Virus record (IMG/VR): IMGVR_UViG_3300030673_000004
Span: 124,001 to 188,000 of that record
Direction: 5' to 3' (one strand)
Length of the DNA: 64,000 nt
Made by a program: the position numbers and the translations under genes. Positions 57,425 to 64,000 of the stretch are shown piece after piece. Position 1 is the stretch's first letter; each line of letters starts with the position of its first letter. The notes below the pieces were generated by a model. The model was not told the DNA's origin and did not search any database. It saw only the letters and a program-made list of their open reading frames with translations.

Positions 57425-57854
57425 AAATAATCTTCCGGACTTGCTTCTTTCTATGCAGAAGGATCACGTTCCTTTCTATAAACTGCTCCAGACAATGATT
57501 ACTCTCAGTAAGGTTATCTTTAGGGGTGTCCCTGTGCATGGACAGGCCATCTGGCTGGCAGCTCTGATTGAACAGGCTACTGCGGGTACTGTATCGGCTG
57601 ACGCATGGAGTATCCAGCTAGTAGAAAGAAATCTGTTCCTCTTGAATTTTCTTCCGAAGACATCTTTGGGTACGTTTACCATTTCTCTTGTGGTTGTATC
57701 CTCTTTGGACAACCCTGGGATGTTTCTCAATGTTGAGAATGTGAACAGTCCAGAAGAGTCAACATTAACTTTGATCTCAGACTGGCACTCTTCTTTGGAT
57801 CAGATTCTGTTTTCTTTTCTACGTACTCGAAGTGATATAGAGGAACTTGTCTGA
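57417..57854 (+). CDS. Hypothetical protein
   Basis: 145 aa, AAGGAG SD. Confidence 0.65.
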   Translation: MVKNNLPDLLLSMQKDHVPFYKLLQTMITLSKVIFRGVPVHGQAIWLAALIEQATAGTVSADAWSIQLVERNLFLLNFLPKTSLGTFTISLVVVSSLDNPGMFLNVENVNSPEESTLTLISDWHSSLDQILFSFLRTRSDIEELV

Positions 57855-57881
57855 TGTCTACTGCAACTGGGGAGTAGCTAT

Positions 57882-58361
57882 ATGAAAAAAATAACATCTG
57901 TAGATGTTCTGGCGTCCTTTCATGTTGGTGGTGATGTAGCTGATCCTGATATGGATAGGCTGCTGGAGAGCATCATGGGACCTATGTGTGTTCCTAAGGA
58001 TACGCATGATCCATACCTCCTAGCTATGATTAAGGTTCCCTGCGGTTCTAACGGACCCCTTCAATGGGATATCGTTTTAGAGCCGTATAACGCTAAATTT
58101 TACATTGGTGTGATCACTGTTTGGGGGCAGTTGCGCGACTGCTCTCAGGAGATTCTTGGTGAGTGGTTTAAGAATACTTTGACAGAATTAAGTGCTCATG
58201 GTCTTGTATTCAATGCTGTCTGCTCTGTGACGCTTAAGTCTAGCGAACCGTCTACGGGTGGTGTTATATTCAATGCTGTTTGCTCTACTACTGGATTCGC
58301 AAAACCTCATATAGTCACATCCATATGGTTGGATGATGCGGGAGATACTAATGCTGCTTGA
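57882..58361 (+). CDS. Hypothetical protein with an internal duplication
   Basis: 159 aa, GGAG SD; VFNAVCSVT/IFNAVCSTT repeat. Confidence 0.6.
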   Translation: MKKITSVDVLASFHVGGDVADPDMDRLLESIMGPMCVPKDTHDPYLLAMIKVPCGSNGPLQWDIVLEPYNAKFYIGVITVWGQLRDCSQEILGEWFKNTLTELSAHGLVFNAVCSVTLKSSEPSTGGVIFNAVCSTTGFAKPHIVTSIWLDDAGDTNAA

Positions 58362-59229
58362 CATTGCTATTGGCGACGCATACGGAGCAGGGTTTGAGTT
58401 TGCTCCCCAAGATGAAGTCAATCAGCTTAATACAGTAACTGAATACCGTAGGCACCATCTCGGCGGTGACCATGCTCTTCCTTTGGGCTGCTACACTGAT
58501 GATACCCAAATGTCTATCGCTGTTGCAGAGCTTTTGCTCACTGGTGGTCCGTACACGCGAGAAGCTTTTGCTGATGCTTTTGTAACTACATTTAGGCGTG
58601 ATCCCCGACGCGGGTATGCTGAACGCTTCTATGATTTATTGGTGACCTGTGAAAACGGTGCAGATCTGCTGTCTAGGATCCAACCTAACAGCATTCGTAA
58701 TGGTGCGTTAATGCGTTCTGTGCCTCTTGGGTTGCTTCATGATGCTGCTACTGTTTTGCGAGTTGCCGATATCCAGGCATCAGTTACACATGATACGTTC
58801 ATAGGGCGGCTATCATCTCAGGTTGTTGGTTTGATGTCTCACGCTCTGCTTCAGGGTGAGAAGATTGAGAGTCTACCAAAGATTGTTTGGAACGATCTTC
58901 ACTATGCTCTGGTACTGCGCAGTGCGGATGCCGGTCGTGTAGCCTGTGATGCTGAGCAGACCATCCAAGCAGTTTGGACAGCACTCTCTGGAAATCATAC
59001 GGCTGTAGACATGTTGAAGCAGGCTATTTCTTTCGGGGGTGATACTGATTCCGTTGCTGCTGTTGCCTTGGGGCTGGCATCTCTGACTGATGAAGTTGAG
59101 AGCTTCTATCCTACATTTTTGCTGACTGGGTTGGAAGCTAAAGCAGATAATCTAAATTTCGGTTTAGAGTTTCTCAATACCTTGGACATCAAACTGTTAT
59201 CCTTGAGGATTTTTCAGCATGAAATCTAA
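58351..59229 (+). CDS. ADP-ribosylglycohydrolase (DraG/ARH family)
   Basis: AIGDAYGAGFE, YTDDTQMS, NGALMRSVP, ASVTH and FGGDTDSVAA; ATG 58351 after GGAG. Confidence 0.9.
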   Translation: MLLDIAIGDAYGAGFEFAPQDEVNQLNTVTEYRRHHLGGDHALPLGCYTDDTQMSIAVAELLLTGGPYTREAFADAFVTTFRRDPRRGYAERFYDLLVTCENGADLLSRIQPNSIRNGALMRSVPLGLLHDAATVLRVADIQASVTHDTFIGRLSSQVVGLMSHALLQGEKIESLPKIVWNDLHYALVLRSADAGRVACDAEQTIQAVWTALSGNHTAVDMLKQAISFGGDTDSVAAVALGLASLTDEVESFYPTFLLTGLEAKADNLNFGLEFLNTLDIKLLSLRIFQHEI

Positions 59230-59716
59230 TCATACTTTTGTGCTTTGCGCTGAGACCTATCGTACAAAAGAGCAGTCCTATGACGCAGATGACTACGTTG
59301 TAGATGGTATTAAGCTGGTCTATTTTCCATTTAGTGCCGGTGAGGTCAAAAATTTGCAGGAGTCCTCTGGTGGTGAAAATCGCACAGAGGTTCTCTCAAA
59401 GCTTTTGCAGTCAACATTGAAGTTGTTCACTGAGCAATTGAAAAATCCTCTTGCTGCATCCCAGATGGCAAAAACATTTCCGAGGTTTGATTCTCTTCGT
59501 CAGTCTGAGCACGGGTATTGGTACCACATTACTACGAACGCTGACTTGGCAAAGCGGCCCAAGGAATTTAATTCCAATGCTTTTACGGAGGAACAGCTCT
59601 TGGGTGTCTCCGAGGAAGAGAATGATCTGGAGAACGTTTCTTTCTACTTCAACAGTGATGGCGATTTAATTGAAGGTCCTCCGGATAAGTTTATGCTATC
59701 TTTGGGCGCTGCTTGA
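59219..59716 (+). CDS. Hypothetical protein
   Basis: 165 aa, GAGGA SD. Confidence 0.65.
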   Translation: MKSNHTFVLCAETYRTKEQSYDADDYVVDGIKLVYFPFSAGEVKNLQESSGGENRTEVLSKLLQSTLKLFTEQLKNPLAASQMAKTFPRFDSLRQSEHGYWYHITTNADLAKRPKEFNSNAFTEEQLLGVSEEENDLENVSFYFNSDGDLIEGPPDKFMLSLGAA

Positions 59717-59868
59717 CTTTAGGTGCCCACTACTTGGCATAGTAGATTTCTGGGACTACCTTAGGTTGGCCACCTCCTTTTTGATATGCTCTTGTGACGC
59801 TCCTAAGCATCTGTTGTCATGGAAGTGTGATTGGTGCTTAGGGGCTATTTTCTAGAATAGGTAACTTA

Positions 59869-60171
59869 ATGTTTTTCAAAAAGCTATTGGCTGCTCTCTG
59901 TAATGTACGCTTTACCCAAGAGCCTCTAGATACTTTTACTTTTGTATTGTATCTGTCGCCTGAAGATAGGGCTTTGTGGCCCAAAGCTTTAGCTGATCTG
60001 AATGATCTGCTAGTTTTAACAGGCACGAAATCTTCGGAACCTCATCTTGGTATTGCGTGCCGTTTGGATCCTTGGTGCAATAGCATTTCTGGTAAATGTA
60101 CTCACGAGTTATTGTATCAGGTTGTGTCCTGGTCTTTTGAACATGGTTTTCACATAAACACGGCAATTTAG
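59869..60171 (+). CDS. Hypothetical protein
   Basis: 100-aa ATG ORF. Confidence 0.5.
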   Translation: MFFKKLLAALCNVRFTQEPLDTFTFVLYLSPEDRALWPKALADLNDLLVLTGTKSSEPHLGIACRLDPWCNSISGKCTHELLYQVVSWSFEHGFHINTAI

Positions 60172-60364
60172 CTATGTCATCAATTGAAATACAGTTAGAG
60201 ATCGCTAATTCAACTATAGCCGCACTCAAATCTGTTATTGCTGATCTGCAGCGGGAGATTGTTGGGTTGCGTAGTTCTAACGTTCCTACTGATGTATTAC
60301 CTATAATACACCAGCAGGGCTAAGGTAGAAAGTATGTTAATTTTTACTTGGAGGAAATACTCGT

Positions 60365-60697
60365 ATGTCTAAGTTGTTTTCTTTCTTTGCGTTTTGTCTG
60401 CTCTTAAGTCTTGGTGGCTGTTTCGGTTACGGATTTAAGGTTTCAGGCCAGGTATCTTTTCAGGAGGTCTATCGTGTAAACTACTATAGTCCTTTGTTAG
60501 GGGATGATTTTATTACCATAGACTTCTGTGGTCCCTTGAATCGTTCTGTCATTTCAGCAAAAGATCTTGAGCTTATCAAAGCTGGTCCTTGTACTGTTAC
60601 TTCCGCGAATAGAAGGCTTGCTTCTATATTTCAACCAGATGATACTATTGTTAGCGTGATACCCGTTACGTCGAGGGACGTTCCAAATGCCAGATAA
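60365..60697 (+). CDS. Putative lipoprotein
   Basis: GGAGG SD; signal peptide ending in a lipobox-like LGGC. Confidence 0.55.
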   Translation: MSKLFSFFAFCLLLSLGGCFGYGFKVSGQVSFQEVYRVNYYSPLLGDDFITIDFCGPLNRSVISAKDLELIKAGPCTVTSANRRLASIFQPDDTIVSVIPVTSRDVPNAR

Positions 60698-61520
60698 GTC
60701 CATTGAAGGTTGTTTTAAGCGTCTTTCTCGTGCTTTAGGTGATGAGAATCTCGCATCAGATCTTGATACCATTAAGCAACATGTTGAGCTGCTTGAAGAG
60801 AAGAATATCTTTTCTGCATCTGATGACTTGGTCCGGGATATAGTTTCTTCTAAGAACTGGGACGAGGGCTTCCCTGGATCTGCCGCACAGCATTTCGGTG
60901 AGAATACTATAGCTCTTCTTGAGTTCCCCGGTGATACTGCATTTATTCGGGAACTTGACGAGAATTATGTTACTGTCAACTGTCGCATGGTTGATCCTGC
61001 TCGGGATCATCTTTTATCTTTTAAGGATACTAAGAATCAGTATTTAGATCGTACTGCTACGTTGCCTACGCTTCATTCAAAATACTATGTTGTTGCCCAT
61101 AATGCACCAGGTGTTGGGTGGGTTGGTGGTGAGTATCAACTACTTGAGGATACGTCATGTATTTATTTAGATGCAACAAAAGCTATTAGGTGCTGGGTAT
61201 TTCGTACATCCGGTACTAATAATGTGCTTCGTACCAGTTTGCTGCGGCAGATCTCGCGGCTAAAACATGAGCTAACTAATCTGCAGGAGAGTTCCCGGAT
61301 AAAGAATCTGGAGCTTGATGCCCTTCACCATGTTTGGTGTACTGGCTTGTGTTCTGGTGGTCAGCATAGGCATACCCCAAATGATTTGACTCCTGAGATG
61401 CTGCGATCTGCTATTTATCAAGTATCGGCTATGGTATCCCGTGGTCCTGCAGGAGAGCTTCGGAAGCAGTGGTATAAAACTTTAGCTGGTTGGAAGATTG
61501 AGGTTCAAAATGAAGATTAA
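60687..61520 (+). CDS. Hypothetical protein
   Basis: 277 aa, GAGG SD; C-terminal coiled coil with HHVWCTGLC. Confidence 0.65.
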   Translation: MPDKSIEGCFKRLSRALGDENLASDLDTIKQHVELLEEKNIFSASDDLVRDIVSSKNWDEGFPGSAAQHFGENTIALLEFPGDTAFIRELDENYVTVNCRMVDPARDHLLSFKDTKNQYLDRTATLPTLHSKYYVVAHNAPGVGWVGGEYQLLEDTSCIYLDATKAIRCWVFRTSGTNNVLRTSLLRQISRLKHELTNLQESSRIKNLELDALHHVWCTGLCSGGQHRHTPNDLTPEMLRSAIYQVSAMVSRGPAGELRKQWYKTLAGWKIEVQNED

Positions 61521-61704
61521 AACGCCTGATGGTATGGCAACATTGCTTGAAACATATTTACCTACACGTGAAGAGAAGCGTCCTTATGGTCTACCTCCTA
61601 TGGTTGTTCCAAGTGGCCCTGCTATGAGCCGTGTTCGCTTCTCTAGCGGTGAGGAGCGTGAGTACGCTGTAAAAGACTGCCAAGTACAGAAAGGCTTGCA
61701 GTGA
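61510..61704 (+). CDS. Small hypothetical protein (SH3-like)
   Basis: ATG 61510 after GAGG. Confidence 0.55.
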   Translation: MKIKTPDGMATLLETYLPTREEKRPYGLPPMVVPSGPAMSRVRFSSGEEREYAVKDCQVQKGLQ

Positions 61705-61767
61705 TTTCATTAATACGGGAGAACTATGAATGAAAGTATGTATGTACACTTCTAATATGCTTAATTA

Positions 61768-62145
61768 ATGACTAGGATTAATGTAGGAATTAAGCCGAAG
61801 GAATTGCCCAATAAATTACTATTGGCGGAACATAGGGAAATAAAAAGAATTCCTAATATGGTTAGATCTGGTAGGACTAATATGCAAAATATCCCTACTA
61901 AGTTCACTTTAGGGACGGGCCATGTGAAATTCTTCTATAACAAGTTAGGGTACCTTAAGAAAAGGTATACTGAAATATATCTTGAATGCATTAGCAGATC
62001 ATTAAATGTCACATGCTATAATGATTCATTTGATGGAATATCTGACGAATTAATGAACGACTATGAAGAATCTTTGAATGATAGGAATATCTTATTAGCT
62101 AGGATTAATTCAAAAGGTTTTAAGTTACTAAACCAACAATGCTGA
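61768..62145 (+). CDS. denV: Pyrimidine-dimer DNA glycosylase (T4 endonuclease V family)
   Basis: MTRIN N-terminus (catalytic Thr2), LLAEHREIKRI (catalytic Glu) and FTLGTGHVKFFYNKL. Confidence 0.9.
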   Translation: MTRINVGIKPKELPNKLLLAEHREIKRIPNMVRSGRTNMQNIPTKFTLGTGHVKFFYNKLGYLKKRYTEIYLECISRSLNVTCYNDSFDGISDELMNDYEESLNDRNILLARINSKGFKLLNQQC

Positions 62146-62255
62146 AGTTTATGTTAGATGACACACTAGGTCCATCAAGGGAGTCTTGGACGGCATCTTA
62201 AGATATAGGAAGTAGATTTTCAACCCACTAATCTTTGAGACTTCTTGAAAGTACC

Positions 62256-62284
62256 TTGACAAATATACACAAGTAGTGTATATT
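62256..62284 (+). promoter_or_regulatory. sigma70-type promoter with TACA-N7-TGTA (leaderless start at 62291)
   Basis: TTGACA-aatatacacaagtagtg-TATATT. Confidence 0.85.
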
Positions 62285-62290
62285 TTAAGT

Positions 62291-62665
62291 ATGCCTGATA
62301 CTGAAATTTTTAACGCTTTGCTTAACGAACAGCTCGCACGAATCATTGATGCTACGAAGGCTCATCGTCTTAGCTGGCAGCAGTCTGCTACAAGTAACAA
62401 TACCTATAGGTTGGATTTTAAGGACATCTCTTTGCGCTTAGGGGATCTCCGTGCGTTTACGACAAATCGTGTCATTCTGGCAGTTAGGTATCGTGAACAA
62501 AGTTCTACAGGCAGTTTTAGTAGGACTATCATTTATAGTAGTATTGAATATCCAAAAATTATTGAGCTGCTGAATGTCATTATGGTGTATCTACCCGTGT
62601 TGGCTTCAGCGCCAGCTAATGTGTTTACCAGTGTTATCGACGCTCTAAGCTCTTTGTCAGACTAA
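62291..62665 (+). CDS. Hypothetical early protein
   Basis: ATG 62291; the track start lies in the promoter. Confidence 0.65.
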   Translation: MPDTEIFNALLNEQLARIIDATKAHRLSWQQSATSNNTYRLDFKDISLRLGDLRAFTTNRVILAVRYREQSSTGSFSRTIIYSSIEYPKIIELLNVIMVYLPVLASAPANVFTSVIDALSSLSD

Positions 62666-62668
62666 CCC

Positions 62669-63064
62669 ATGATGCCTCAAGATATTCGTTTAGCTCTATC
62701 TGATATCATTTCTGGTACGTATAAGTATGATATCAAATGGTATAAGTCAGGTAATATCTATACTGCTAACAGGGGTGCTGTTAGGCTTGTACTTACAGAC
62801 GCTAGAGAAGTTTGTACTGTTTGTGGTGCCTTTCTTCCCGATTACGGTTACTGTGGCGCTACTGAATCAGATCATGTTCCTGGCTCCGTTCAACTTGTTG
62901 TGAAGTATCCGACGGAAGCCACACAATGTACTGTTGTTGTACCTGCCGATGACGAGCTAAAAGAAAGAGTTGCTGCTATAGTAACTCTACGTGCTCAAGA
63001 ATCTGTTAGGCACTGGCCTCCCTGCCGTTCCTTGACAGCAGCCCTCGCTCGTTTTCAATCTTAA
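62669..63064 (+). CDS. Hypothetical protein with a CxxC motif
   Basis: VCTVCG...YCG; weakly similar in layout to the preceding ORF. Confidence 0.6.
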   Translation: MMPQDIRLALSDIISGTYKYDIKWYKSGNIYTANRGAVRLVLTDAREVCTVCGAFLPDYGYCGATESDHVPGSVQLVVKYPTEATQCTVVVPADDELKERVAAIVTLRAQESVRHWPPCRSLTAALARFQS

Positions 63065-63079
63065 GCAGAAAGTGTACTA

Positions 63080-63916
63080 ATGGAAATCCATAAGAATCGT
63101 GATCGTGCTCCTTACACGTTTGCCAACATCAATCTGTTGGGTCGCTGTAATGCTAATTGTTTTTTCTGCCTTGGAAAAGACATTGCAGACCAACTGGCTG
63201 GGTTGGATCAGATGTCTGTGCCATTCTCTGAGTGGGCAAACTTTGAGACATTTCTAACCCGCTGCACTGAATTGGGTGTGCATAAGCTGTACATGACTGG
63301 GCAGACGGCTGATGGTCTGCAATACAAGTACCTTGGGGAACTTGTGGATTATCTCCAGTCTCGTGACTTCACGGTGGGCTTGCGGTCTAACGGTCTTCTT
63401 GCTCTACAGAAGATGTCTATCATCAATAAGATGCAGGATGAGATTGCTTATTCCATTCATTCTCTGCGTCCGGAGGTGAACAAACTTATTGGTGCTCCCA
63501 TTCACCTGGACTGGGAGAAGATTATTCCTGCTAGTGGCGACAATGTTCGAGTGTCTATTGTGGTTAATAGGTATAATGCTGACGAGGTACTTGATGTCAT
63601 TAAGTATATCTCTCAGTTTAAGAATGTTCGCTACGTCCAAGTTCGTCGTATCTCGACGGATCTGCGGTTTGATCTTCTTAAGGAAGATGTTGAGGTCTAT
63701 GAGGGTTTGTATAACAACATTGCTACTCAGTATCCTAAGGTTGGTGAGTTTTACTTGTCTCAGGATCATATCATTCACGGTATGCACTGTTTCTTTTGGC
63801 GCACGGTGGAGACAAACATTAACAGTTTGAACTATTTTACCGATGGTACTTGCTCTGATGAATATTTTGTCGTAGAGGGCTATCTGAAGAACCGCGTACA
63901 GAAAGAAGTCATCTGA
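63080..63916 (+). CDS. Radical SAM superfamily protein
   Basis: CNANCFFC (CxxxCxxC), YMTGQTADG, GLRSNG and YSIHS. Confidence 0.85.
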   Translation: MEIHKNRDRAPYTFANINLLGRCNANCFFCLGKDIADQLAGLDQMSVPFSEWANFETFLTRCTELGVHKLYMTGQTADGLQYKYLGELVDYLQSRDFTVGLRSNGLLALQKMSIINKMQDEIAYSIHSLRPEVNKLIGAPIHLDWEKIIPASGDNVRVSIVVNRYNADEVLDVIKYISQFKNVRYVQVRRISTDLRFDLLKEDVEVYEGLYNNIATQYPKVGEFYLSQDHIIHGMHCFFWRTVETNINSLNYFTDGTCSDEYFVVEGYLKNRVQKEVI

Positions 63917-64000
63917 TGCCTATTGAAGATTATATCAAGCAACTACATGACTACACATTGTTCGGTCGCTATAATTGGAAGTTTGATGAGTCTGTGTTTA
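63916..64000 (+). CDS. Start of an ORF running off the window
   Basis: TGATG overlap with the radical SAM stop; MPIEDYIKQLHDYTLFGRYNWKFDESV... Confidence 0.5.
   Translation, partial: MPIEDYIKQLHDYTLFGRYNWKFDESVF

Noticed and set aside
1-64000. Stop-codon reassignment (TAG or TGA), as in some jumbo phages
   Set aside because: Long genes read through intact in the standard code, and all three stops end genes at sensible boundaries followed by promoters, SD sites or coupled starts.
1-64000. CRISPR array, tRNA, rRNA or group I/II intron
   Set aside because: No regularly spaced repeat-spacer units, no cloverleaf with T-loop/D-loop consensus in the short spacers, and no interrupted conserved gene other than the intein. 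Checked by eye only; tRNAscan-SE and Infernal would confirm.
1-64000. Host assignment from the amidase style or leaderless genes
   Set aside because: The signals are weak and point in different directions; this needs homolog searches or CRISPR-spacer matches.

Overview
A 64-kb segment of a large tailed dsDNA phage with a contractile tail (myovirus-type, probably jumbo). Nearly all genes are on the + strand and read in the standard genetic code. Virion genes (head decoration fragment, major capsid, 1475-aa tail sheath, tail tube, tail assembly chaperone, tape measure, terminase large subunit) are interleaved with an intein-containing ribonucleotide reductase and accessory blocks driven by sigma70-type promoters. 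The accessory genes include SPFH, a stand-alone receiver domain, a BCS1-like AAA ATPase, SLOG, an HD alarmone hydrolase, an ADP-ribosylglycohydrolase, DenV and a radical SAM enzyme. The most striking feature is six paralogous large proteins (599-1282 aa, about 18.5 kb, about 29% of the window), each with an apparently intact N-terminal glutamine-synthetase-fold amidoligase domain fused to a long, divergent C-terminal region, lying inside the virion gene region. Features the ORF track misses: a -1 programmed frameshift signal in the tail chaperone, a family of 11 promoters of which 8 carry a positionally fixed TRCA-N7-TGTA inverted repeat, and four apparently leaderless genes. No tRNA, rRNA or CRISPR array was seen. 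All product calls come from motifs read by eye; no database search was run.
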